From positions 6,758,001 to 6,822,000 of the forward strand of contig NC_135250.1 of the NCBI RefSeq assembly GCF_964204865.1: DNA of 64,000 bases, written 5' to 3'. Below, piece by piece: positions 12,501 through 27,500 of the stretch. The position numbers and the translations under genes are program-made. Source of the stretch: Styela clava (lineage: Eukaryota). A model generated the notes under the pieces. The model made no database searches. It was not told the DNA's origin and worked only from the letters and a program-made list of their open reading frames with translations. Positions within the stretch are counted from its first letter, which is position 1; every line of letters begins with the position of its first letter.

Positions 12501-15500
12501 GTTTCATTCCGGAAAGTGGGTGCCAATAATATCAGATTCATGAAGTCTATATACAAAGTTCTTCTGCTTTTCAGAGTTATGGTTCCCACCTAAGCAAAAC
12601 TAATTTACAGTATAGGTATATGTTCAAAAAATTAGGAGTAAATAATGATTTTGGTCAAATATTTGAAAATTTAATAAAATGATCTAAGTTTTATTAACTG
12701 ATCTTTTGATTTATCAGACTTTTGTTTAATCCTTTTGTCCAATCCCCTTACCTAGCTTCCACCAAGTCCTCGTCGATTTGCATTCTTTTTGATTTGAGAT
12801 TGGCTTCCATCATTTGTTCAAACAATTCATCATATTCATCTCTTTCTTCATGCAGTAGTAAAGTGTCATCATCAAACTCATCCTCGTCATCTTGTTGTAG
12901 TTGCTAAAATTTGAAATGTGTTAGAATGTTTTGCTTTTTGTGAGCGACAATATTGAGGAAATATTAGTATTGTATATGTTATCACTGCCAGGGCTATAGA
13001 GATAGTTTACTTTATGCCTACTACCTTGTTCTCGGTAGGCAGTTTTTTTTCTAAAAAAATAAGAACTCTCAAAATATCAGCGGCTGCTTCTACAGTGCCT
13101 TTTTCGGAGTGAAAATCATAAAAAAGGGTTGTATAAAATATATTAATATGAATCTATATCCCAGTTCACAACAAACTATCACTGGATCACTGAATTTTTT
13201 ATATTTTCAACTTATAAATGGGGATATTGAAAGTATATTCATAACAACTGTAAAAACACAATAAACATATTGTTTTCTCAACTTTCTGCAATGATTCAGG
13301 AACATTTTAGATCAGTTTTGACATATTTACGAGTTGAACAATTGAATATTCATGTATATTTTTTCTATACTGTATCCAGAAAATAATTTGTCTAATTATG
13401 AACATGCATGCTATAAAAGAATGTCGGCCTTGAAAAAAAAATTTTTTGTTGTGGTGATGATCTTACCTGTAAAAATGCAATCAAAGGTCCGTTTCCGATT
13501 CCGAGATGAGCTTTCAATTTTTCAAGTCTTGTAGCTTCAATAGTTAATTTTGTGAAAAGTTCTTTCACTTTGATTTGTGCAGAGGAGAATTGATTTTTCA
13601 ATACCTGAACACAAATATATCAATTTTTTTGTCTGTTTTTCAGTGTGATCTAATGAATGTTATCATAATCTAGCAAATTCTGATGGCTGGTGATCAGCAT
13701 AAATTCCATTTAAATGTCAGAGAGAGAGTAATAGATAAAGCTACATAAGCATAAATATTAGTGTTGTGTTTGGTTTTGAGGTGCCTGTATTAACATTCAA
13801 GATTGAAGTTTTGTAATTGTGAAAATTTTAGATAAGGTTAAAAAATTTTCAGAAAGGAAAAATGACAAGTAAAAGCAAAGAAATACTTGTCATCAATGAA
13901 AAGAAACAAAAATTTAATATGATAGCAAAAACAATATTCACCCCAATTGCTTTTTGCATTAGTCTTGCATCTTTGCGAGTTTCATCCAAAGTATCAAGTG
14001 CATGTTGTAATCGACCTGTCTCTCGTCTCAACTTTTCACTCGCGGCATTGTAAAGTGTGTGTAAACAATGCATAAATTTCCGATAAGTGTAAGGACCAAT
14101 GTAAATCTCATTCGCTGCACTGTTTTTGAAATCCCTTTGAAGTTAAAAGTACAATAATAAGGTTGGGGTGACCAAAATATTACTCAACATGAGTCACATT
14201 TTACAGTAACGCAACTTGAGTATGTTTTAAATAATTTTGAAACCAGCTTTTCGCATGAACTTTGACCTGAGGGCTTGGAATGACTTGATTTAACTTGAAT
14301 CAAGTTGCAAATAGAGAACTCCCAGTGAAACAGTGTTCGAATTGGCGTATTTGATGAAAATATCTAGAATCATCCTTATCCGACTTGGTGAATTGGCTTC
14401 ATTAATAAGTAAGTCCAATAGATTAGAATTCGGAATATGTTTAACGAATCAAAATCATGATTAATTACAGTTTTTAATCCCAGAAAACTTCTTTTTTAAA
14501 TTTTTATAACGTCTCTATTCACCTATGCAGTAAGTTAATCCTTTCCAGTAATATAGTTTTTGAGTAAGGTAGATTTGGTAGATCATATTTCTCAACTTTT
14601 ATTGTTTCCTTGTCTTTCTTCGTCTGCAAACTTGTACCAGTAACAGAAACTGTGGGATTGGTATCACCGCTCCATAATGTTTGTTTACAGTCACGAAGAG
14701 TCAAACTGAAATAAGAGAAGTTTTATGAAAGTTAGGTATGACATGATAAAATGTGTAACAAGTTATAATCCAGTGGTTCTTTAACTTTTATTATTCCTTT
14801 CAAAGACTCTTTTGCTCTTGGAAAAAATACCTAGATTTCCTTCAACGATTCTCCACCAGTTATTTTGTTCAACACAATAAAAAAGCGAACAGAAGAAAAT
14901 GAAAGAATAAATGCAATAATCCGCAAATAGCAGTTAATTCAATCCAGTCATTGTGAATGGCTCTTGCTCAGTGCGTCCAGAGAATGACTTCGCGGCCCCT
15001 TAGAAGGGTCAATGGTCGGTCCACTTTGAGAAACCCTGTCATACTGCCCTGTTGTTTATGGGCAGTAAGTTTTTGGAAGACTATAAATATTGAATTTTTT
15101 TATCATTCACAAGAAACTACATTGATTGTTTTTAAAATAGAAATATGATCCATACCTGTGAATGTTTGCAATTGCCATTGTAAGATATTCTCTAGTCTTT
15201 GAACTTGCTTCTTTTGCCACATTTTCATTGTTGATGAAGAATTCAGCTTGTTGAATCAATACTTCCTGAGGCCAATCTCGAATCCAGATAATCTATTTCA
15301 AATTTCAAAAATTTATTGAAAAATCAACTGGCATACAATGATTATTCGATCAGTGGCAAGCAATTTACCGTTATACTCTCGCTAGGATGTCCAACTTAAA
15401 ATTTTAATTTCAGAAATTTGTCATTATTTTGAATTTCGAGTAATCTAAAAAGCCATTTTTTGCCACAAAATACCATTCGATTTCTGAAACAAAATTAAAA

Positions 15501-18500
15501 GCATTTTATTGCAAAAATGACAAATTCAGAATGCCGGAATAAAAAAAATTGTCAAAAAATTATGAATATCCTTTCATATTTAAATTTTGTTATAACATTA
15601 GCCCCCAGTTAATTTTTTGCCTTTGAAAATTATATTTTTTGAATAAAAAAATAAAACATATGTAAAACAAACTTCGAATGATTATTTTTAATTTGTAATT
15701 AAATAATTGGTAATTGAATAAAATTAATTATATTCTTGATCTTTGTTACTAACCTGTGTTTCGGAGACAATTCCTGGATAAGCTTGTGATGCATCTCTCA
15801 ATAGTTTGTGATTAGGTGGAAGATTGAGTACAATATGAAGATTACATTTGACTCGGGAAACAAAAAATTTCATCGGATCTGACATCATATTTGGATGGCT
15901 TCGTCTTAAGATTGGTGCAAGAACCTGAATTACATAATTAGACTTGACTATATTGGCTTCGCAGGTTACACATCATAGGTTCAAATCTGATGTCTACTGT
16001 TCCTCCCAAAAATATTAGCTCTTCACAAATCGTTAGAGACCAGTGTTTTTTTCGGAGGGTAAGACGTAAGGTAAAGAGCATGTATAAAAAAACTCGAATA
16101 ATAGGACAAAATATTAGGATGTCAGCGTTTTATGAAAAATTTGAGATAATGAAAAAAAGTTCTATAAATGACTTAAATATTCAGATAAATTTGTTGAAGA
16201 ATGATCTAAAGAACAATGAGTAAATTCATGTCATGATATAGAACAAAGAGGTTTGGGTACTCCCGTAGTGTGTGTACCAGGTTAGGGTTAGGCCATAATT
16301 TTATTCTGATTTTCCTTATTTTAGTTCTATTACGAGTTCGGGGACTGTCTGTGTTAGCCAAGTGAATAAACCCCCTGCCCATAGGTTTCATTCCCTTTAC
16401 ACAACTTGATGTAGAGTAGGCGAACAAAATTAGTTCCTCCAGATTGGACACATACTTCTGGAGCGCCAAATTTAGACTTCAAAAAGTTGAATAAGTTTTA
16501 TTTAAAAACTTGATAAACAATAATGAAAGAGAATAAAAATAGATTATATTTCTGTCACAGAAAAAATTACAGTATTGCTTTGTAGACTAACAGCACTTGC
16601 CAAAGCACACAATGAAGATTTATTTTTCAGGGAAAGATTTGCTTAATGATATTTTAAATAAAAGATTTCATCATGCATTATATTTAATCACATCAAACCG
16701 ATTTGGCTTATTGTTTCAAAAAATATACTGTAATATTGTTATACTTAAACGCTGGCATGATGGAATTATTATCAAGCTTTGCATGAGTCTTTCATAGGTA
16801 GAGAACTACAGAAATTGTCGAAGGTAGAAGCATCCCAATTCTACATAGTTCATCTAATTTACTACTCTAGGTGAGGTTGTGAAAGTGATCACCTTGAACA
16901 ATGAACCAATCAGGGCTCAAGCACAAGATCTTAGGACTATTATCTGCCTATTAAAATGCCAAAATAAAAAAGTTTGCATATAAAGTGATAACCATTGAAA
17001 CAGAATCTGAAAGAGTAAAATGGGTCAAATACTAGATGCTAAAATGTTCATATCTCGAGTAAGGCTAGAAATGATGTCTTTAATCAGATCACAATTGCTT
17101 ACAGGATAGTTATCAACCAATTTCCACTTGTAATAAATAACCTTGAAATATCAATTTCAAAAATTTTGTTTATATATATTCATACCTTGACATACAATTG
17201 ACTGATCATAAATAATTTTGATTGAAAGCTAAATCTATTTTAAAATGTTAGTATAGCTAATAAATCAGTTTTTCAAATTAGATATAGATGATCAATTTGA
17301 GTGATTTTGAATGAAAACAAATATATTGCAAAGAATCAATAAATTTTGCTACTGATCATAACTTTTTCAAAAATAATCAAGCCAGGTGTATGTAGGTTGT
17401 ATAATTAACATAAATCTTCTAATATATATTGATTAGTTTTCTTTATATGAATTTTCTTGTTATGATGGTATTAATTGCAAGATGCAAAATTTGAGGTTCT
17501 TGCCTCCTATGTATTGTTAATTACTTGATGACCAATAAATAAAGTAGAACAATATGAAGAATATGAACGTTGAACATGCATTTGCAATTTACACTGCTGA
17601 ACAGCTGTGTAGTGTGTAAGTTTGAATCCTGAATATTTATGTTTGATACTACACCACATATTAATGCAAAGCTTTAATGTTTGATAAATAATAATGTGAA
17701 TATGGTACATAATTTTGAATCAATGTTTTAAACTAACTCTCTAACTCTCTCCTTCTAACTTTTATAAAAATTTATCAAAAATATGACAAAGTACACAATA
17801 GTCGAATCAAACTGCTCTCATCTTTTTGATAAATGTTAATACATTGAAAAATTCATTATAATTATTTCTTTCGCTGATAAATACAACATATATCTCGAAA
17901 ATACAATGACGACCGTGGTAAATATTGCAAAATATAGCATATTTGTATTCTATAGGTCAAGGGTGAGCAATTACTTTTCTGAGTGGGCCAGTTACAGATA
18001 ATAGACTTGGTTACTGGGCTGGAGACTCAAAACTCAATATGAAAAACTATCAATAAGAACAACAGCTAGGCTAACATTTTTATAATAATAAAAAGCACAA
18101 TGTAACAATCGAGGTCATTATGACATTTTTTTCATCTATATTTCCATCAGACATCAATATCAATAAAAACTATAGTCATAATTTTAGCAGACACAAGTGG
18201 GCCAGATGAAACATTTCGATGAGATCCGGCCCACGGGCCCTATTTTGCCCACCCTTGCTATATCTTATAGATTCGCCAGCATTTGTTCATATCACTATTA
18301 ATAAATGCTAGCTTTATGCCTGCGTCAAGTCAAGTTAGTTATGTTATAAAATAATTGCATATAGCTTAAGCAGTACCTATATCAAAAAAGCATTTGTTTC
18401 AGCTGTTATGCAATTCGAAAAATCATGGTTTTAGCATTTGATTTTGCATTACAAATAATAGTTTTCTGTTAAAAAGCATCATTACATTGGTATTGTTACC

Positions 18501-21500
18501 TGATCTGGATCGTTGCGATATTGTTCCAATATATACTAAAAATGGCGAATGACATCAAAAACTTGTAAATTAGGAAATGCTGTTTGAGTGAAAGTTAAAG
18601 TTTAGGCAAATTATAGCCACAATCTTTTCTAGTTTTTTAAAAAATGTCTGAAAAGATCATCAAAAACCAGACTAAAAAGATGTGAGTAAAAAATGAGATA
18701 TTGCATAGATTACTTAATTTTGAAAATTGTCTCCGTATAAATAGTCAACCCATACAGTCATAACGCTATTGTCTGTATGGTATAGAATACTGCTTAAATG
18801 CTAATGAAAAATTTTATCAAATATAAGAATGTCAATTGTTGATATTGTGATCATATGACACCTTATTTCATATAAATCACTTGGATTGTAATATAAGGGC
18901 TTAACAGTTGACTCACTTAGATAAGAATTATAAATCATATATTTATTGTCGTCACTCATGACTTTCTCACCTAAGTTGAGCTAGTTAATGAATCTCACTC
19001 TCTAACCAGTGCCAATGGGTCGTGATATATTTATTATTTTTTATTTTACGTGGCCTTACTAGGTCTAGGTCCCTTTTCACACAGGATGAACATAGAAATT
19101 TTCCTAATCTGAATGAGACGACATGGTTAAAAACTCTCAAATATTCTTGAATGAAAAACTGAAAGTATAATGTTGTTGGTATGATATGAAACAGAAAACA
19201 TCAAAGAAATACCTCGAGTGTAAACTGCTGGTAATGTACCTACCTGGAGTAGACCTTCAATTTCATCATTAGAAAATAGATGTGGATATTCACCAGCTAT
19301 GAGAAGACTGTTTATGGCATCAAGAAACGAAGGATCGTATAAATCTCTGGAAAATAAAATGAAGCATATGTTACATAAAGTCATATAAATTATTAATTCA
19401 ACGCTGAAATGGGGCAAATCAAACAGAATTGTATAAACTACTGTATAGATTTCATGGTCTCAATTTTTTACAGTAAAAACCCTCTTCAGTAGACTGCCAG
19501 TACACAAGAACCAATGTTATTTATAAATTAAAGTTCTTTTTGGATATTGTTTTTTTTTAATTTCGTAATTAAACTTTCATAGAGAAGACATTCGGAGACT
19601 GCAGCGCTGCAAGATGATTTGAAAATGCAACAGGGTTTAGAGGTCGATCAAAAAGTCGAACATTGCTCACCATTGCACATATCATGTTCACATAACCCAA
19701 TAGTAATGGTTTAGTGACCCTTTGAAATAACCAGAAAGGCTTCTTGAAAAAAAAAACAGAAACATTTTCTGAAATTGACAAGACGTACAGTGCGTGAATA
19801 AGGATTGCAAGCAAATAAAACAGTATACCTTGCTGTCAGTACCACAACCACAGGTACACCTTCTGTTCCTGCTATTCTAACAGCAGTTCTAAGACTGTCG
19901 AAAAACGTAGCAGGTCTTGATGCATCCACTTTAAAAGGTTGCAATCCAGCGACATGTAGGGCAAGTTTCGTTAGATTCGATAAATGTGATCCGACAGCAC
20001 CAACCACAGTCATACTTCCACTGAAAATTGAGTGAATAACAAAAAAAAAGATTTTTATTTGGTATCTTATAGCATAGCAATTCCTGCATAAGCAATTATC
20101 ACTTTCATAAAATATTTTATTTTTTGTTTTTCCCAGTTTAAAGTGTATGTAGTTATGTCAATTGCTTGCTTGTATCATAGTTTGACAATATTTAACTCTT
20201 TGAACCCTGAAAGCCGCTAAACCGGCTTTCCCGAGAAAGTCTTCTGACGCTGAAAGCCGGTTTAGCGGCTTTCGCATCCCGTAAGAGGTATGCAACTTTG
20301 AAACCTCATATCTCGCGAACCATTCATTATATTTAGACAAGTTTTACATCGTGTGAGAGATAACCTACAGGACTAAGTATAATTTCAAAATTGAGATAAA
20401 ATATTGTGATCATCTTATGAAAATTGGCAAAATTAAAAAGCATAAAAAACTTCTAAAAATTGCTCAAATCTAATTGACAAAACTTAAATTTGTTTACGAT
20501 TAAACCTAGTACATTATCGACAAAATTTGTAGAATTTGAAGATAGCTTTCCAGTGATACCATTAGATTGAACTTATGTTGCACCATTCAAATTTTAGAAG
20601 CATTTTTATTCGTGATTTTGTTTGTCGCAAGATCGAGGCGACGTCAAGGTGACGTAAATAACAACCTAACACATTTACGCCGTTACGCAGCGACGTTAAG
20701 CAATTACGTTGGCACGTAGCACGTTTACGTTTCATACGAGAAACACTTTTCCTCGCATGCTCGTAACGTCATTTACTTAAGTTCGTACTCGTGAAGCGAC
20801 TTACGACTTGTAAACGATACACGGGGAAATTTACGCATTACATCGGTTCGACTAAAACACACAATACGCAGTGTTATTGCCGTTTTAATTGCATAAAGAT
20901 ATGAAAAATAAGAATAGCCAAAATAAGGATTTTTAAAAACAGAATGATGGAACATATCGATGGATGCATTGTTTAGCGCCATTGCTGAGTTTTATTGTGC
21001 AATATTTTCTTTTTCCGATATATGAATACTATCCAATATTCCATCTGGACAAAGCTTTCGTTTAAAATCCATTGTAAATATAGCGATATCAGGAATGTAG
21101 CGTATATGCAGTAATTTCGAAAATCTAATGAGGCTGCAAAATGTAAAACACTGACCAGGTGAGCTACTGGTGCCACCATGTCTTCCGTGTACCCGTTATT
21201 ATTTTTTTTTTTATTCAATCTTCATGATATCCAACGGTGAATAATTAGCCTTGATGTTTCCGGCGGAACCTCATAAATTCATGAGGATCAAATATTTCGT
21301 TTTGGCCATTCATTTTCGTCCCATATCCAAATAGTAAACGTATATAAAATGGCCTTTATATTCTAGCAATTTTACTATGTTCGATCAAAATTCGTCTGAA
21401 AGGGTTTTATCTGCGGCCGAGGATATGATACTAATGCAATGAAGCCACAATCTGCACTCAAGCTGTGAACGACCAGATGTGCAATTGCGCAATATACCTC

Positions 21501-24500
21501 ACGCAAAGAGTTACGCACGATACGTCGCATGAACGTTATCACGACAATGTCGTCGTCGCCCTTTGCGTCCTTAGCAAACTTGGCGTCAAATAGTTGATAA
21601 ATTTTGTTTGCAAACCATTTGAATCGATAGTACAAATTCTGCAATAAAATGAGTTATGCGTATGTTAAGAAAGTCATACGTATATTCTCCGAAAGGTAAT
21701 TTTGTATACTTTTCAAAATTGTACTTATATTGATGATACATTTCTAAGAAATGTATTAAATATTACCAAAATACAAAAAAATAGTAGATGGGGCTACAAA
21801 TAGGCTTACACATCTCATCAAAACATCTCGTGAAAAATAATGCCAGTTAAAAATAAAAGACTAGATAAGCTTTTATATGATATATTACAGACCATCTGAT
21901 ATCTAATGGTTTAGAAGTTATTTTGATTTAAAATTAGGGATATTACAATTTTTTAACGCGTCAAATCGATGCGACGCCGTGGGAGGTCAGGGTGAGAGAG
22001 TAGCATCGTTCTGGGGATTCAGAGTTCAAAGAGTTAAAACTTATTATTGAGGCGAAGAAAGCCTTGAGAAGCCAGAGACAAAAGAAGCCACAAACCAAAT
22101 TAAAGAAAAAAAAACAGTGCAATACTACATACACATAAACCAATGTAACTACAGTAGTTGATAATCCGAAGCTTTATAAATATGTTACCTATCACATTAC
22201 TGATTGAATACCATATACCCATCTTCTCCCCAAAATAGGCATATACCATACTAAAATCTGAAAATTATAAATTCTACTAAATTCAACTTACCCATAAGAA
22301 TATGAAAGAACGCGGTGCATTCTGATAACATGGAGTAAAACATCATCACTCAACATCAGCCGAGTTATTGAATCTTGTGTTACTTGCCTATCTTCATTGT
22401 AATGGATGACATGAGCCTGAAAAGCCAAAAAATCATTTCATCATCCTTTTTTTGGCCTAAAATCTCCAATTCAGTCAGGTCAATAAGTGCACAGAATTCT
22501 TGGTATTGCAGCTAATCAGATTAAGCTAATTTAACATAACCAAGAAAGTCAATAACAGTTCAGTTAACATAGATAGTGGTTGCTTGCTTGAGCAGGTCCT
22601 GAATCCGAGATTTTAAACTTTCAGTCCACCACTGACCGAGACGAGGTCATCAGGCTTACATCAACAGGTTGATATTTGAAAATAGACAAAATCATATTAC
22701 CTGTAAATATTCATATGCTGCTCTCAATTCTGGTAATGGATAAAGTTTTACTTTGGTTGTTTCTCTTGTACTTGATGCGAGAGGTCTGTGGTGAACCTTA
22801 GCATCAACTGTAACAGAGATTTGGTATTTGAGTCCAACATCTACTCAAAGAAAGGTAACCAGAATAAAACTACTGATCTTTGACTTGAATTATGGGCGCT
22901 TGAACAAGCCCCAAAAGATGAAAAATTATAGCAGCAAATTGCTTTTTATTAAATACTGATTGACACAAGATTTAATATAATTCAGGTCAAGACAAATATG
23001 AAAACTGCTATGAGAAATCCAGCTTATACATATGCTCGGTGGTGTGGCCCATAGTGCTGAGCGTTAAGAATACGCTCGCCATCCTACCTCTGATTCGTGC
23101 GTGCGTTCGCAGGTTCGAATCTCATGCGGGGATGGTTATGTGCAAGAGGGTCGCTGGGTGGTTCACCCAACCGCTGGTCATACGGCTTCCTCCACCATTC
23201 AGTCCATTCTTGACATAGACAGGTAACCGGACGAGAGGTTGAGGTTCACCATATGATCAAGCCATCTTATTGGCCTTCCTCTCCCCCAGAATAAATATGT
23301 AAATCCCAAAAATGAACCACGTAATAACCTGCAAAGGTAGTAAAGTAGACTGGTGGAACTTCTGCATCACTTTTCCCATCTTCACCAGAACTTTGAATCG
23401 CATGACTAAAAAATTCTTTGGTAACGTTTTCAATTTCTCTTTCAAACCAGGCAAGATCAGAGGAACGACATAGTTGATCAGCAAAAAGTCGTTGCATTTC
23501 GTGTTTCCAGAATGCGACAACGTATGTTTCTGATGAACGGTTCTCCTCATCGACTCGTTTTAAACATTGACACATTTTTATAATTTGACGAAGACAGAAT
23601 GCATAATGTTGTCGGCCAGGTAGAGGACTATAAAGTATAAAAATATAAATGTTAATATAAATGTTTCGGGTTTATTTCCATGCCCACCCACCCAGGGTGT
23701 AATAAATTGGGTGGGTAACGTCAAATCAAACCCTTCATGAATAGTAGATCCCATCATATCGTTTGATATCAGTGCCTGATTGTACAGATAGAATGGAATC
23801 TTAAATAATGTAAGCAATATTCATACCTCGGTCTTAAAGCTTCCTTCAATTGTTCAAGAAGTTTACTGCAAGCTAGTGCAATTGATTCGTGAAGTTCCTG
23901 GGTTAGTGGTTTGTCAGACATGTTTGCTTCCAGCACTGAAAAAATGACATTGTGTACATCGGTTGATGACGCACTTCGAAGACGAAAAACAGCGAAATGT
24001 CGCAGCAAACGAGGATCAAGATTATTTCCAGGTGACGCAGCGTTTACAGACATTGTTGCAAGAACCTGTTAGCAAAGAACAAAAATTTTATTCAAGTGCT
24101 CATGAAAAATGAAGCCCAGGAACAAATAGTTTTATATTCTAGATTCTGCCTCGCAACTTAATCTACTTTTGATCATCCCCTTGGGAAAAATGTAGGTTAA
24201 GAGGAAGAGAGGAAAGCTGATGTGACAGCTCAATCATAATATGGCAAAACACAGCGTCTCATCCAGTTATGTCCATGTCTGGTACCAAAACAGTTTTTTG
24301 TTTCTGCTCATGAAACAAATAACTGGTTAGCTACTGTCATAAATGACATGGAATGGTAACCAGACGAGGGACAAGGTTAACCATATGATTACATCATGTT
24401 ATTGAATTTCTTATCCTCAAAGATACATATATATAATAAATTATATTCTATCCAACAGTGACTATTTTGAATAAAAATATTTCATTATTAAAAGAAAAAT

Positions 24501-27500
24501 AATAAACCCTCTGAAGCATAAAAATTATGAAATCTTTAAAACCCACCTCCAAACCTTCAACAGTTCTCCATTCAAATGGTTTATTCAGTTTACATATAGT
24601 TTGATCATCAACAAGAGAACGAAGCAATTCATTACATCTTTGTACGCCATCTATATCACATGACGGTAGATTCAAGTCATCAATGAAAGCCTGAATAGTA
24701 AAATATTGTTATCGATACAATTTCACCAACATAACTAGAAATAAACAGTTTCACGTCCCTATTCAGTAGTATGTATGTTTTTAAAGAAGTAAGACCTCAA
24801 ATGCTATATCTCGAATTAACAAAGTAGGAATAGCTGGGCCAATCCAGAAATCACATTGCCATATGTATCCGGGCATGGGATACATAAAACTTGATAATCC
24901 ATGCCAAAACAGTGAGATCAAGTTATTTTCACATACTACATAAAAGCTTGTAGAAATTCTACAAGGAAAACGGGATACTAAAATGTCTACGCATAGACAA
25001 TCATTCTATGTAACTCTCACTTGGGTATGGAAATTAAAAATTATGAACATTAATAGTTATAATACCTCTAGAAATTTCCCATCTCGTGCCCCATAAACAA
25101 ATCCTTGTCTATGTTGAATATTATGTTGCATGAAACTATGAAGTTGAGAAGCAGTTGAAGCTCGACTGAACACTAGACGTCGCAGAATACTGAATTGTTT
25201 GTCTGATAAAATTATAAAAATTATGTTATGTGGGGAAAGGTAACAATTTGAGGGCGGAGAAGTGTATCATACAGCCTGTGAAACCTAAATAGGTGGCCTA
25301 TAACAGAACGCATATTCCATTGTTTTCAAATACTTTTTCTTATTTATGCTGATACTATCAGCATTTTTGACTCTGTATAACGCCACATTAAGATGAAATT
25401 TTGTTTGGAGAGACTTCAAAAGCATACTGTCATTAAAATTTAAATTACTGCCTCTTGAAAAAAAGGATGTTAAATATATAAGAGGGAGGTTCGAATTAGG
25501 ACAAGTTCAACCTAATCAAGATTAGCTAATTATTCTTTATATAGTGAAAAAGCAGTTCAATGATTTGGTCCTCAGCTCCACTTCAATTTTACGTCTCACC
25601 CATTGCACGTTGTTCAGGGGATTGTATGCCGTCAAAAAAAAAGCGCCGGTAGAAGCAACCTTGGTCCTACCTTGAGTATCCAAAAAATCATTGACTAAAG
25701 CTGTTTTCCCGATTCCTGATTCGCCCACCACTAGAGTGTGCTTTCGAGCCATATGTGCAAAGTCAAGTAAACAACGAGTACGAATCGTATCGACAGTATC
25801 AACAAACACCTGAATATAACAAGAATGATATTTAAAAAACTCCATGTCCAAACTTTTACATGAATGCATGAAAATGTCTAAGCAGAGATGTTCATATCTG
25901 AAAAAGCTCGTAATGTTTTATTTATTGATATATATTATAGATTTTTATAAACATGAATATGAATGAAATGGTTTTCCATTGAGCTACATGAAATAGTAAA
26001 ACCAGTCAAGGTTGGTTATCAGAGCAGAAAATTTTAGGATGTTAAGCTTTTTCAGTTTTCATCATTTATTGTCAATTAACAGAGAATATTAGAATTTGCT
26101 GCTGTTATAGAGATAGTCGAAAGTTAAGCATGTGTTTGAGGACCAATCCACAAAAAAACTTTAAAACCGGTCCATAGTGTGAAAAGAGTATTGAATCCCT
26201 GTTTTAAAGGACATAAATATATGTCTCAATAATTATCTTCCTCACCTCTCCAAGCATGTCGGTTGTCCCTGTATAAGTAGCTTCAGGAACCCTAGCCATC
26301 CAAGTATCCCATTCACCTGATTCATCAACATAATAATCAAATACTGAAATATCATGGTCGTAATCTGGCAACCTAGAAAAAAGAAATATGAATATTTACT
26401 TATATATCACACATCCAGCAACCAAGCTGAACTGCTATATAATTTAGTTGCCTACATGTGCATTCCTCTATCTCAAGTTGAATATAACAATATATTCCTA
26501 CATTTGAAAAAACTTACGCAGATGACAATGTTCGAAGAAGATCACTGAATGTTTTAACAGTGTTTCCTTCCAGAAGTCCACCAAATGCCCAGACAAGACA
26601 AAACAAGTACAATCTCTCAATGTGAAGATCACCACCTGGAATTTTGAAAAAATTGTTCTTGTAGTATTTGTACTTCACGCCCAATAAATACAAGTATAAA
26701 TTCATAAAAACCAAGAAATCTCCAAGATATCTTACCAATATGTTGCTGATGCTCATTCAGCATTTCACCCAGCAATGTAAGACATGTTGTCAACAATCCA
26801 ACTTCACATACTGGAAGTTTTATCCTGGCAAAAATAAAAATAAAACAAATAGGAAACACAACAAAACCAAAATGATAATATTTATAAAAGAATTATTCTA
26901 ATTCAAGCAAGACCTTTGTATAGGCATTGTCATTGTATAACAAAATTCACAATAAAATCTACCTTTTATCATGGAAAACAAAGTTACAGACACTGTCTAA
27001 AGTTTTGTCGAATGCTTTTTCTAGAACACGTTTTTCATCAGCGTTTCTTTGTTCGAGCCAAGCTTTTGCAAGAGGACGCCAACCAAGAACGTTTTTATCC
27101 AGATAGACCAATCCCTGTAAAAATAAAAGTACAGTTGGATATGATGAGTATTAAAACACAAGGTTTACAATTACCATGTATTACAATAGTGTTATGATGC
27201 TATTATTTTATCTATTCCTCCTCAAAAAGAGTACTAAAATTCAGTCATTAGTCCTAGTCACTCACCGTACGAGACAGCAATGACGGAGACGCATTCCTCA
27301 AATCAGTTGTCTCAAATACAACTCTCATATTATCCGTGAGATAGAGTCGATCTCCATTACTCAGTTGCATGACTTTCTGATCAGATAATGCACCGTTGAG
27401 ACGATCAGCCCAAGAAGATACTAACGGACCATCAAGACAGAGCCACGTTGTACTTTGATTCTGCATAGAATAAATACATATGAATCATTAATAGGATGGA

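Noticed and set aside
16206-16469. ORF similar to ORF 45323-45526 (SSCVKG...LWPNPNLVH), suggesting a small gene family
   Set aside because: Both are translations of MITE family A copies; other copies carry indels.
16870-17620. Possible nested plus-strand gene in the 3.3-kb intron (EVVKVITLNNEP...; MKNMNVEHAFAIY... followed by gtaagt)
   Set aside because: Short segments, no recognisable homology, and no coherent multi-exon model could be built.
23034-23130. tRNA gene
   Set aside because: A B box is present but no convincing cloverleaf; the sequence continues into the SINE body shared by many copies.
24547-24690. AAA3 Walker B FIDD as further catalytic loss
   Set aside because: DD at AAA3 is the usual state in axonemal dyneins, so it is uninformative.
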